Part shown: one piece after another, positions 14,030 through 26,995 of the stretch | Numbering within the stretch: the stretch's first letter is position 1 | Layout: each line of letters starts with the position of its first letter | Source of the DNA: Eledone cirrhosa | Taxonomy: Eukaryota | Length of the DNA stretch: 64,000 nt | Direction of reading: 5' to 3' | NCBI GenBank assembly: GCA_964016885.1 | Contig: OZ024745.1 | Span: 105,896,001 to 105,960,000, forward strand | The notes under the pieces: model-generated | Databases searched by the model: none | What the model saw: the letters and a program-made list of their open reading frames with translations, nothing else | What the model was told of the DNA's origin: nothing | Position numbers and translations under genes: made by a program

Positions 14030-14030
<1 letters not shown>
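13711..14030. mobile_element. Fold-back PLE terminus with hammerhead (family A)
   Basis: Inverted arms ~13711-13803 / 13842-13935; ~95-nt tail on the right arm only; (TA)n on both sides. Confidence 0.85.
13757..13820 (-). ncRNA. Type I hammerhead ribozyme motif
   Basis: ttttat CTGACGA GGAcGTACTG-loop-CAGTACcTCC GAAA tatata TA ataaaa; stems I, II and palindromic III all pair. Confidence 0.85.
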
Positions 14031-14077
<47 letters not shown>

Positions 14078-14977
14078 GCGGGCACATGTGTGAGTATATA
14101 TTTACATTTATCTATATTTATATACATAAAGCCTTTTTTATTCATTGTGTCTGCCGTTGAAATATAATTAATTTGGATAAGGGTAGATATATAATAATTA
14201 TTGAAATGCAGAAAATAATGATGTATGATGCGTATGTCCATCGCGCAAAGAGGGACACACGATAAGGATGGATATACGATGCGATTTGTTGTACGATAAT
14301 GAGGCATGTACGGTAAATATGTATATATGAAGCAATTAATGATACGCGATAAGACTGAATATGCAATAAGCATGAACGACAATTCTGGGTTTAAAATCTA
14401 TTTAAACAACTGTAGGTTATGTATTGATATGGGGGGCACATCAGTCATATATTTAACTACCAATTTATTGTTTTATAGCCACTATTAATAGTAGTGGGAT
14501 GCTATCATCGACAGCAGGATGAAAATATCTATAGTTGAGTTTACGTACTAGTTAATTGATGTATTAAATTTAGTGGCATGGAACCTAAGCTGTCTAAGCA
14601 ATATAAAAATAAGACAAAACAAAACAAGAGAAAACCATTTTATTTCGATGAAGGATGCGTCATCACTGCCAGCAATAACCGACAAGCTGGAGGAAAAGGA
14701 AAAGCATTACAATCTGTCACTGCAGAGTGTTAAACAAGCGTAAAATTAATGGGAAATAAATTAGCCAATGATAACCATAGCTATCATAATTTAAAGAATA
14801 ACCTGCTCTGACATAAAATAAGAAGTCAAAAAAAAAAAAGAAAAAAAAAAGAAATGGATCACCTAGGACGTTCAACTAACATTAAGAGTAAAGAAAAGGC
14901 CGAGCACCAAAGAATCTTTAACACCTACAAAAACAATAATGAGATAATTGTAATAATAGTGTTATTAATTGTAATAA

Positions 14978-15392
14978 TAATTGTCTCTACTTTTGGCACA
15001 AGGCCAGCAATTATCTCATTGCATTACTGGTACTTTAATTTATCCACCCCATAAGACTAAAAGGCAAAGTTAACCTCGGCGGGATTTGAACTCAGACCGT
15101 AAAGGGCCGTAACTCTATGCTGCAAAGCATAGCGTCTGAACCTATACCGATACTGCCATTCCACCACCCTCTAATAATGGTTTCTCATATAGGCACAAGA
15201 CCAGCAATTTGGGGAAAGGAAAAGTCGATTAAATGGATGCCAGTGCGTGACTGGTTCTTCATTATATCGACCCCGTAAGGATGAAAGGCAAAGTTAACCA
15301 CGGCCAGATTTGAACTCAGATCTTAAAGGGCCGTAACTCTATGCTGCAAAGCATCGCGTCCGACCCTCGACCGCTACTGCCAATCCACCACC
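14978..15392 (-). mobile_element. SINE dimer (short and long variant)
   Basis: Two adjacent reverse-strand copies; the right one has an extra ~40-bp segment (ggggaaaggaaaagtcgattaaat). Confidence 0.88.
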
Positions 15393-16000
15393 CTTTAATA
15401 AAAATGAGAAGAAGAAAAAGGAGAAAAAGGGAAGAAGAAGTAGCTTTGACAACACACTATCTCGGGGGGCAAGTTTTGTTTAATTTTGTATTCCCAAACA
15501 GCCAAATACGACAAAAAGTTCCACCACTAGTTTCTACAAATAACCAAACAGTGAAAGTTGCATAAATATTTTTACATAATTTCCCCTAGAAATCGTTGTT
15601 TACATTTTATTTACATCCCAATGCGTTGTGATTATTCAAAATGGCTAATTGAAAATTCTGAGAGAAAACGGACATACACTAAAACACCAGATAAAAAAGA
15701 AATACAACGCTCTCCTCCTACAAGAGCTACAATTCTTTGCCCCCACTCCACATTTACATGTCCCATAAACCTTTAACATTGCAATCCCCAATCTATTTAT
15801 AGACTAAAGCCACTGACCTTGAAACACATAAGGAACAGGCTACTACGTATTTGCTCCCATCATTCTGTATTGAATATGTGTATGTATATATGAATATATA
15901 TATACATATATATATATATAATTTTGAGCGTAATTTTTGTGTAGCAGGGAAAATGAATAAACAAAGCTAATTTTACCCCGTTGACTTAAACTATATATAT

Positions 16001-16250
16001 ATATTTATTAAAATAACAGATTAAAGTTTAAGCAAAGAATCGGTGCTTTCACCCTTAACGGGATCATCACTAAAAAGTCAATCTAAAATAGTTAGAAGAT
16101 CCCGTTAAGGGTGAAAGCAGCGATTCTTTGCTTAAACTTTAATCTGTTATTTTAATAAATATTTGCTCTACGGTTCTTATATATTTGATATATATTTATC
16201 CTTATCGAGCCCTCTTTGGATTTTAGACTTCAAATTTATTATTATTACTA
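16001..16250. mobile_element. Fold-back PLE terminus with degenerate hammerhead (family B)
   Basis: Arms ~16001-16066 / 16096-16162, tail on the right. Core gTGATGA tccc-gttaa-gggt GAAA. Solo copy at 29757-29923. Confidence 0.75.
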
Positions 16251-16265
16251 TACATATATATATAT

Positions 16266-16724
16266 ATTATTCAAAATATTAACAAATGAAAAATATTCTC
16301 ATAATCAAAATATATACTTTATTATATATATTTCCAAGGTACTGTGTTGTTTTTTCAGTACGTCCTCATCAGACAAAATATATGATTTGATATATGACAT
16401 ACCGCTATATATTTCCAAGGTACTGTGTTGTTTTTTCAGTACGTCCTCAGCAGACAAAATATATGATTTGATATATGACATACCGTAGCGGTATGTCATA
16501 TATCAAATCATATATTTTGTCTGATGAGGACGTACTGAAAAAACAACACAGTACCTTGGAAATATATATAATAAAGTATATATTTTGATTATGAGAATAT
16601 TTTTCATTTGTTAATATTTTGAATAATATTAAAAACTCCAGGAAAACTTTTACTGTTGAGTGTTTCTAATCTATTGTAAAATTGTATTCATTGAATAATC
16701 AACGCACCATACTAATCTTTGGTT
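16266..16724. mobile_element. Fold-back PLE terminus (family A) with 81-bp internal duplication and three hammerhead cores
   Basis: Palindrome centre ~16486. HHR cores at ~16318-16378 (-), ~16406-16459 (-) and 16515-16575 (+). Tail homologous to 13935-14030. Confidence 0.88.
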
Positions 16725-17067
16725 ATATATATATATTATATATATATATTAGTAGAATACTGGTGGGTTATATTCGTAGTAGTAGGGCGCTCAGTCCATG
16801 GGACAAGTAGTAGTAGTTCCACAGCAGTTAATTCACCATTTTCGAAATGGGGAATTAACTATTGGGGAACTAATATATATATATAACGAAGGAAGTGTTG
16901 TAAGGAACCAGGTGAACCATAACGCATAGCTGTCGAAACGGGTGTAGCTCAGCTGTCGGGGTCCTGACTCTTTTCCTATATATATATATATACATATATA
17001 AGCAAATGGAACCTGAACTGTTAAGGTCTGATTCCTGGCTATGTCACTATTTATAAAACAAATTTTG

Positions 17068-17128
17068 TATTTTATCTGATGAGAGCGTACCAAAGTTTTG
17101 GCACCCTTGAAATATATATAATAGAATA
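17068..17128 (+). ncRNA. Type I hammerhead motif (family C)
   Basis: tattttat CTGATGA ...stem II... GAAA tatata TA atagaata; downstream tail shared with 33300-33345. Confidence 0.75.
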
Positions 17129-17176
17129 AATACGGTTTTATAAATATAGTTTCCATTTATTAATATCATTGATAGT

Positions 17177-17215
<39 letters not shown>

Positions 17216-17599
17216 ATGTAAATTTTCTATCAGCCTGTGTTGAATTAGACATACTTCACAAAAACGACAACAAACTAAAAACTAATAATCACTCCATTTA
17301 CACCTGACATTCAACAACAACACCAACAACAAAACTATAAAATACAACACAAAACAAAATGAAGAAGTAACTCCAATAAGCTACAATGCCACCATCCCCA
17401 CTACAACTTCTAACGCCTCCACCCCAAACATCAATCTCCCTGCTACCACCACCAACACCACTCTTGCCATTGAAACAGTTGTGAAAATTCTTACACCTCT
17501 TACAACTGTAACCATTACATCATCTCAATCAACAACAGCAATGGTCATAACTATACTGTAGTTATAATGGTAATAATGATTTCACTGCTGGCCAACCAA

Positions 17600-20500
17600 T
17601 GCACTACCCAAAGAGCCAGGCAACATTCAATAGATTTCCAATTCCATGCGTAACGCAAATGCGTATTATGAGAAGAAACAAAAAATTAATACAGAACACC
17701 AAATCACTGGTCCTATGGTTAATCAGAAAGCGAGTCCCTCAGGAAGGTGCCAACCTGAGATAGAAATGTCTTCCTCTAACACAAACTCTTTTCCGATTAT
17801 GGATCTGGCTGGTCACTTGAACAGGGAGTGCCTCAACTTGAACCCCCCCCCCCCCACAAACAAAAAAAAATGTAAAAGGATGAAATGGACCCGAGGAGAG
17901 TATAAAGAAGTAGTATACGCATATTACTATGCATTAAGTAAGCCATCAGAAGACAGACATACTGCAAACTCTTACAAAATATGGAAATCATGAAATCAAG
18001 CTAGCAGACGTTATCTGGATGAAAATAAGTTAGCAAATGTTAGGAGGGATATCTTCAGAAATAATATACTCACAGATACTGAAATAATTGCGATCAAGTC
18101 TGCTGTGGAGAATGACATAAATATAAATCATGAAAGAACTGAAGTCAAAAGTCTTTACCAAAGTCTTTACCAAAAGGCTACCACCTGACCAAATCTTAAA
18201 TAGATTTGTAGAAATGAGAAGTGCTAATGAACCCGCTGAAAATATCCAAGAAAGGGGCATAGAAACAGTACTTGAAGACCAAACATTTGCTGAAGAACAC
18301 AGAGAGTTTGTGAAGGAATTGAAACACAAAATACTGAAGGAGCTTTCAGTTATAAGAAATACTTGTATAAATGATAGAGAATTACTTCATAGACTCCCAA
18401 ATACAAACCAAAATAAAAAACAAAACAAATAATGATCGGTAATTCTTTCACAAAAGAAATCATAGAAGAATTAGAACCTGATCTTACTGAGTTAAATGAA
18501 ATCATTTATGCATCTGCTAGATTGATTGAAACAAGTTATTTACGACTGAAAAAACAAAGAAAGACTAACTCGAGAAGTAAACCAATTTGGAGGAGTAGAA
18601 TTGAGAAGGAGATTGACCTAACGAGAGGAGCTAATTACTGGAAATTATTTAAGATCCAGGAAGGGAAGAAAGCTAAAGAAAAGATATGGGCTTTCTTCTA
18701 GAGAACTACTAATATCAACAAAAGAAACGCTGAAACAAAGTCCAATTCGTAGATTCGAGAAACAAAACAACTTCTACAGGCAAAATAAGTTGTTCACATC
18801 CAATGCCAAGTAATTCTATAGAGAAATAGGGAAGGAGGAAATAATTATTGAAGACCTTTCTTCCATGAAAGAAGTTGAACACTTTTGAAGAAAGAGTTGG
18901 AGTGATGAGAAGTCATATAATGCTAATATAGATTAGATTAGTCACTTGGAAAAACCCTACACAAATTTACAAGAACAAGCATGGGAAGACAACTCAATAT
19001 CAGACTTAAGGATGGCGCTGAATAAAGCTTAAGTGGAAATCTCCTGATAGAGACAGGGTGCCAAATTTCTGGCTTTCGACGCTCCCGTGCACACAATATA
19101 TTAGTCAAGCTGTTCAAAAGAATTGTGAAAGATCTCCCTCAAAACCCCCACCTGACTGGATAGCAAAGTGATATTACTTACATTCTCCCAAAGAACAACG
19201 AAAATAAGGATTAACAAATTATTGGCCTATAACCTGCTTGTCCACCAAATATAAGCTATTAATCTCTATTCTCATGGAGAAAGCATATGTGTTTATGGAG
19301 GAGGACATTTTTTTCTCCATTGAACAAAAAGGGTGCCAATGAGGTACATAAGATTGTAAAGATCAACTCTTCATTAATTGTATGATCCTTGAGAACTGTC
19401 ATAATAAGCGCAGAAATCTCAATTCGGCTTTTGACAGCATACTGCACTCATGGATTCTGAAATCACTGGACATCTTCAAAATCTCACATGTAATTTAAAA
19501 TTTCCTGAAACATAATATGTTATTATGGAACACAAATCTCCAATTATATAATTTCAATGGAGTACTAAGTTCTAAGAATATAAACATAAACTGTTGCATT
19601 TTCCAAGGTGACTCGCTTTTCGCGCTTCATTCTTTACATCCGAACTTAATAGAACAAGGTGTGGTTACGAAATAGCCCTCAAGAAAATAAGCCACCTATT
19701 TTATATAGATTATTTAAAGCTATATTGCAAAGACAATGAGGAACTGAAAGGCCTTTTGCGGAGAGTAAAACATGACATCAGGATGGAGTTTGGACTTGAT
19801 AAGTGTGCCAAAGCCACTTTCAAGAGGGGGAAGTTTGTCAACTTAGTTGAATTAGATGCTGAAACAGTCATATAGTAACTTGAGCAGGAACACACTTATA
19901 AATACTTAGGGATTAATGAAGGCTCTGACATTCAGCATGCAAGTATGAAAAAGAGGATAAGAAAGGAATGTTACAGGAGAGTACGTGCAGTTCTGAAATC
20001 ATAACAAGGTGTTAGCCATAAATTCCTTGGTAGTTCCAGTTGTCACTTATAGCTTCGGTGTATTGAACTGGAATATAAGTGAAATTAAAAGAATCAACAG
20101 CAAAATCCATAAGTTACTGACTTGTAATAGGATGCACCACCCGAAAGGAGAGCAAAACATATACTACTGATCTCATGCTTGATTGGACAGACTAGGGAAA
20201 CGTTTGTAACTAATGCTGCTAAGCACATAAAATTAATGGCAAAAGCAAAAGGGCAAGAACAATTAGCATCAAAGGGGAAGCTGAATCCTCCCATGTGATC
20301 ACAATATTGGGACAAAAGAATTTGACAAGCTAAGAACATATAAACATCTGCTCATTAAAATTGAAAAAATGTTGCACCTCAAGGCTGTTATAATACCAGT
20401 GATTGTAGGAGCACTGGGAATGATCAAGAAAGGAACAGAACAGTATTTGAGAATGATCCCTGGTTTACCTTCTCTGCAAGAGGTGCAACACATTGTTTTA

Positions 20501-21110
20501 ACTGGTACTGCACACGTATTGAGAGGAGCACTCTCTCTGTCATACACCCCACAGGTAGTTTGGGTCCGATCTGATTTTATATAATTCATTCAAACATCCC
20601 TGTGAATACCGACAGAATGATCACGACCAACAGACCTGATATAATTGTGAAGGATTATAAAATGAAAACATGCTTTTAATTTATATGTTCATTCCAACAG
20701 AGCATAGCCTCTCCTTCAAAGAGTTCTGAAATCTCAGTAAATATAAAGATCTGTTAATTTAAATTGAGAAAGTGTGGCATCTTACAGCTTGTACAATACA
20801 ATTGATAGTTGGTGCACTTGTTTTGATAAAAAAAAAGGGAACTGAAAATTATTTGGACCTGGAAAGCTAACTGTGTAAGAGATACAGACAATAGTGCTGA
20901 CTGGTACTGTCAATGTCCTGAGAAAGGCATTATCAATTTAAATACCTTTCAAAAACCTTTACAGTTGTTTATGCTCTTATGGTAACATTTTATGACATTT
21001 GATTATAAAATGTGTGTTTTACCAAATGTTGCCTCAGGTTTCAGGTAGACACTCAGCAAGATATGGAAAAGGATTAGAATAAAACATAAGCTACAAATAA
21101 TAATAACAAT
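17600..21110 (+). pseudogene. Near full-length decayed R4/Dong LINE with duplicated 3' endonuclease segment
   Basis: RMKWTRGEYKEV N-terminus, KPIWRSRIE, RT remnants (ttccaaggtgactcg, YIDYLKLY, MEFGLDKCA), and VIIPVIVGALGMI..QHIVLTGTAHVLR-like ends at ~20370 and ~20800; TAA-rich tail. Confidence 0.88.
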
Positions 21111-21364
21111 AATAATGATGATGGTGATGATAGTAATAATAATAATATGTAGTACAACCATAATTGAGAGAAAAAATTGAATCAAAAGGTTGTAAAATCT
21201 TACATGACTTTGCAATACAGTCAGATAAGGTATTATAGCACTGTGGTAGATAAAACAAAAAATCAAAACAGAAATGTGTTGTATAATAGACAGCGTATGC
21301 CCATTTGACTTAAGAGGGAAGGAAAAAGGAGGAGGAGGAGGAGGAGGAGGTGGAGCAGAACAAT

Positions 21365-23380
21365 TAAAATCCATTAAAATATGAGATTACATGGTTGTGG
21401 AAATTGAAAACGGTTAAAGTCATACCCGTAGCGATAGGTTCCTTGGAAACAGAAACCCCTAATTTTGGTCAGTGGATAAAGGAATTAAAATTTGAGTGGC
21501 CTATAACGTTACTCCAGAAAGCTTGCCTTTTAGGAACAGTGCGAATCATCATGTAAAATGATGTCTGAAAGAAGTATATCAAATCAGATGGGACCTGTGG
21601 AGTGTGCGACGGTGTCTGGGCCCCCGGTCAAGAAGTTTCATTGACATCTTCCTCTGGAAGTGGGGTATCGAAATCGCAAAATCAAAGAAGATTGTAATTT
21701 AGCTTCAGTATGATGGAATTCTTATTCTAGGCGAAAATAGCTATTAAGTGAAATCTGAGGGAAGGAATGGAAGGAGTAAACAGAGGAATAGGAAAGAAAG
21801 TAGATGAATATTGGAAAAGAAAAGCAATGTGGAAAATTAAGTAAAAATTCTATTGAATTAAATCAGAATGATACTCCCGAACGGATGGTTGACTCAACTC
21901 GAGAGAGACACAATAAAAAGAAATTTGGCATCAAAGGAAAGTGATGAAGTCAATGAGAATCGAAATTGACTGGAAGAAATGTGTGATGGAATCACTGATG
22001 CAGCTAGTCGAGCACCTCAAAGGGAAATTGATGAAATTCTAGTTGGACGAGAACAGAGATATTTTGATGAAAATAAATTGTCAAGAGGACAAAGAAAGCC
22101 TGCAAAGGTTGAGAGATATAATGTCAAGAATGAAATTGGAAATATTCATAATTTGAAATATACTGCCAGAACAAAATGAAAGTGTGGTAAATGAGTTGAT
22201 TAATATTTTGATATGCATATCCAGAATGTTACTGAACAGCAGTAGCAATGTATATATAGGAGACAATGTTTTTAAAGTGAAATATTCAAAGGTTAAAAAA
22301 GGACCCGTATTGGAAATGATGAATAACGGAAGCCTTGGTTTAAGGAACTGCAAGAAAAAAGGTAAAACTAAAACTAGAACAAAGATATATACTGAAAGAA
22401 AAAGGATTTCACTTGGTTATGGAAGAAATAAAGCAATGAAACTCAGCAGAAGCTACATAAGTGAAAAGATATGAAAGCAGATTAAAAGAATATCTGGATA
22501 ACAGGGATTTCAATACAAACCAAAGAAAACTCATTAAGAAACAAGAATGAAGTGATGAAAGTGTCATACCGCATGATCTAGAACAGGCATATGAATATTA
22601 GATAGGAATATGGAGTAATATCGTACCTCAAAATGACATAGCTGATTGGATAGCTAAAGATAAATCTAATGCAAGTGTCAAGCTTACATCTCTAAATCTC
22701 TAGAAGATATTTCATGCAAATTGTAATCAATGCCAAACTGGAAAGGGGAAACACATGATGGGATTCATGGATTCTAAACCAAATCTTTCAGAGCTCTTCA
22801 CGGGGTCTTAACCAGAACACTTTGGAATTGATTAAAATCAGGTGAGCTTCCAGCCTCGATGGTTGAGGGTCGAACTCGTTTGTAATGAACAATCTTGTCT
22901 CAGTTAAATTGCAAGCTGTTAATAGAAATATTTGGTGACAAGGCATATGAGCAATTGGAACACAATGAACTCTTGTCATATGAACAGAAGGGACAGAGAA
23001 AAAGCTGTCAAGGTTCCAAGGATCAATTGTCAACTGACATGTGCATTATGCAAAACTAGGAAAATGAAAGCAAATACCAGCATAGCTTGGATAGACTACA
23101 AACAAGATCATGACATAGTCCCGCATTCCTGGGTCATTGAAGCCAGGATCATGGCGAGATTGGCGGAAAATGTAGTTACACTGATATCAAATAACATAAA
23201 TAAATGGAATACAAAGATAAACGCTGGCTCAGTTAATATTAACCATGGGATCTTGCTGAAAGGACTCAGCTCCTTTTTGGTTTTTTGCTATTGCACTGAA
23301 TACGTTAACATCTTCATTGAGAGAAATTAAAATAAATATCAGTGAGAAAAGAATGATCTGATGATCAGCCATTTGTTATT
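21365..23380 (+). pseudogene. Highly decayed R4-type LINE pieces
   Basis: C-terminal KVIPVAIGSL-like segment at ~21410; RT remnant IAWIDYKQDHDIVPHSWVIE at ~23080. Confidence 0.65.
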
Positions 23381-23384
23381 TTTA

Positions 23385-24110
23385 AATATCTACCATACAA
23401 CACTCTCTCTTTCCTTCCCGCTCACTCTATCTATTATTACCAAACTCTCCCCCTCTCTATATGTATCAATCTCTATCTCTATCAATCCTCTCACTCTATT
23501 CTTTACCACTAAACTCTCCCCTCTCTATATTTACTACATGGACACTCTCATTATATATCTCTTGATATCCATTAATAGCAATCTCTTCTCTCTTGTTGTC
23601 TATCACACAAAACTCTCTCATGATACCCCTCTTTATATATACTATCAGCAAAGCCTCCTCCTCTCTCTATATATTTCTACCTATCTCTCCCAATCACCCT
23701 CACTTTATATATCACTAGTAAATTCTCCTCTTCTCTATATCTATCTACACTTATCTCTCCCATCTCTTTATATATCAATCTCCACCAAACTCTCCTCTCT
23801 ATATCTACTACACGACACTCTCTTATTATCCCCCTCCCTTACATTCTCCAACTCTCTATATCTACCATACAAACAAAACACTCCCTGAATCCCCCTCTCT
23901 ATATACATTGTCAACATTCTCCCCTGCTCTCTATATCTACCATACAACACTCACTTCTCTATCAATTGCCTCTATACTCTCCCTCTCTCTATATCTACCA
24001 CCACACTATCTCTCTCATCCCCCCTCTCTATACCAATCACCACTACATTCTCCCCCTCTTTATATCTACCATACAACAATCTTTCCAATTACCCCACTAT
24101 CTATCAATTA
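23385..24110. repeat. Degenerate CT-rich satellite / low-complexity tract
   Basis: Recurrent ctctctatatctaccatac-like units. Confidence 0.75.
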
Positions 24111-24436
24111 TTCTCAGGTCTCGAATAATTGCCCCCCTCCCCCACACTCCACTTCTCGTTTATTAATTTTTAAGATTCCACCTCCCCTGCTTTTATACCA
24201 CCCCCATATTCATATCGATATAGCAACTGGAGAATTTAATGATCATTTTATTTTACATTAAACAAACATTATATATGACAAAAAAAAAAGAACATTACAA
24301 GAAATCCCTTATTTACTAACGGACATTCTACAATTACCGATCACCTCGCTGTACTCTTATGAGGATTTAAGCACATGTCCACCCCCAGTTCCGCTTATTC
24401 CAACTGCCACCCTATTATTTGGGAACCAAGAGTATA
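24109..24436. mobile_element. Possible MITE with imperfect TIRs
   Basis: Left tattctcaggtctcgaataat versus right (revcomp) tactcttggttcccaaataat; TA flanks. Confidence 0.35.
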
Positions 24437-24488
24437 TAAATATATATATATAACTTTGCATATACCTTGTATATATATATATATATAT

Positions 24489-26057
24489 GTTGTTATACTT
24501 TGGGAGGGTCATGTTGCCAATAAGAAATGGACGCACCAGTTGTATCATTACAATTTATTATAAATTAAATTATAAATTTCTTAAATTTATAAATTTCCGG
24601 CTGGTTGGCTGGTTCCACAACCGGTCGGTTGTTCATATATTGTCAAAGTTCTTTCGTCATACATTCTGTGACCTCATCAGTGACCGGGGATTCTTTTATT
24701 TGTTTTGTGCCTCTCCTTTGTTCTGTCCTACGCCATCTTGTTTTTGTGAGTGTTGTATGCTTACTTTACGCATGTGTTACATCCGGGTGTCTGTGTGTGT
24801 TATTTGTTTATTTATTAGTTTATTTACGTATTACTAGTTGCATACTGATTGCGGATTTAGTACGGGTGATGAGGAACGTGTCCCGCATGTGCAACCCCAG
24901 AGAACTAGAGAGACACATACAACACTTCATCCACCGTATGCAGTTCTCTGGTTACAATCAAAGAGATAAAATCAGAGTATATAGAGGAGCCAGAATCAAA
25001 TGAGAAAAAATGGTAAATAATTGTTTCTACTTTAGGCACAAGGCCAGCAATTACCCAGTGTATTACTGGTACTTTATTTTATCGACCCCGTAAGGATGAA
25101 AGGCAGAGTCAACCTCGGCGGGATTTGAACTCAGATCGTAAAGGGACGTAAATATGCTGGAAAGCATGGCGTCCGATCCTCTACCGATACTACCAATCCA
25201 CCGCCTTGGTAAATAATGATACACATGGGACCTGCCCCTTGTATAAGAGCAAATTTTGGAATAGAATAGAAAGAACTAGGAATAACCTTAATAGAATAAA
25301 CTCATGGTATGGTAGCAATAAATACCTGAGTGTAATGTTCATCAATACAACCCCTAGAGATGAACTAGCTTACAAATTTAGAAGGGCCCTAGATAAACTT
25401 AAACTAAATATTAAGATAGTGGAAAGACCAGGTACCTCCATAAAAACACGTATTAGTAATACGTACCCTTTTCAAAGACCACCCTGTATAGATAAGAAAT
25501 GCATAATCTGTAAACTAAGCCCCCATATTAACTGCAAAACTAGAAACATAGTATATAGTATAAGATGTACTGAGGAACAATGTAAAGATAAGAATATATT
25601 ATACATAGGTGAGACAGCTCGTAGTATAGGAGAACGATTAAATGAACACTGGCGAGAGCTTCAAGATAGAAAAAGAATCATCAGTACTCCACCAACATGC
25701 TAAAATAGAACATAAGGGCAAATTAGAGAACATAGAAATAAAAATAAAATCTACACACAGAAAAGACGCAATGTTTAGACAAATCACAGAGGCAATAAAC
25801 ATAAATGAACTCCAACCAAAATTAAATAGATAACATGAATGGAATAGCAACATCACAACTTACAATTAAGGACAAAATGAAAACACACACACATAGAACA
25901 AACAACCAACTAGTAACATGTAAATAAACAAATAAATAAACAAATAAAAACACACACAGACACCCGGATGTAACACATGCGCAAACTAAGCACACAATAC
26001 ACACACAAACAAGATGGCGTAGGACAGAACAAAGGAGAGGCACAAAACAAATAAAAA
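24489..26057 (+). mobile_element. 5'-truncated PLE (RT thumb, linker, GIY-YIG) preceded by its inverted 3' end
   Basis: 24489-24840 is the antisense 3' UTR. From 24841: ILIADLVR, MQFSGY, PLYKSKFW, CxxxxCxxC, IVYSIRC..YIGETARS, RQITEA. Disrupted by a stop, a frameshift and a SINE. Confidence 0.92.
25018..25206 (-). mobile_element. SINE inserted into the PLE ORF with 11-bp TSD
   Basis: TSD tggtaaataat at 25011-25021 and 25207-25217. Confidence 0.93.
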
Positions 26058-26147
26058 CAGTCGAGAATATATAGTTTTCTTGTCTCTTTACAAACACGAA
26101 ATTTCTATACATATTGTATAAAGCAATGCTTGAAGCGAAATGTTACT

Positions 26148-26251
<104 letters not shown>

Positions 26252-26263
26252 GTATACTTCAGG

Positions 26264-26318
26264 ACTGCCTGAAGGGGTCACAGCCAAAGATGGCTGTCAC
26301 CGAAATATATATAGCAGT
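26264..26318 (+). ncRNA. Type I hammerhead motif (family D, A9G variant)
   Basis: actgc CTGAAGG ggtcacagcca-aaga-tggctgtcacc GAAA (TA)n gcagt. Confidence 0.7.
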
Positions 26319-26364
26319 AATAAACGAAGCTAAATTTTAAACATTTAACTTATTTATTTTATTT

Positions 26365-26414
<50 letters not shown>

Positions 26415-26851
26415 ATATATATATATATATACAGGGTCTATGGAAGCCTTTCTGAATTAAGGGGTGCCAAATTTGGTCAATTTATTTCTAGTGATTAGTT
26501 TAGCCCTTTGCACTCTAAAATAGTCATAAAATGTAAATTGAGTCCAAGCAGGTCATATTTAATTTACAGCTTTCAATAATTATAAAGTGTTTATAGCAAA
26601 ACCACCAATGAAATCTCTCCGAATACACATACTAGCATTGGCAAATAGTGATATGTGGAGAAGTTATGACATGACGCAAAAATTTATTATGAAGTTTAAC
26701 ATAATATATCATCAAATATGAACCAAGATATAAAAAAAACATCGATACTCGATAATGGTAACATGGACATAAATCGAAGCTCATATACAAACAAATGCCT
26801 GAGTGTGTATATGTGAGAGTGAGAGTAAATTTACATGTATTTATGCTTTAT

Positions 26852-26995
26852 GAGTTCACATCCCGCCGAGGTTAACTTTGCCTTTCATTCTTACGGGGTC
26901 GATAAAATAAAGTACCATTCACGCACTGGGGTCGATTTCATCGACTTTCCCCTTCCCCAAAATTGCTGGCCTTGTGCCTATATAAGAAACCCTTT
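26852..26995 (+). mobile_element. 5'-truncated SINE (long variant)
   Basis: B box through ggccttgtgcctata. Confidence 0.85.

Noticed and set aside
25001-25003. In-frame TGA as selenocysteine (Naiad-type recoding)
   Set aside because: Single TGA at a position that is Tyr, not Cys, in the sister ORF; the copy is otherwise disrupted and has a C-terminal endonuclease.
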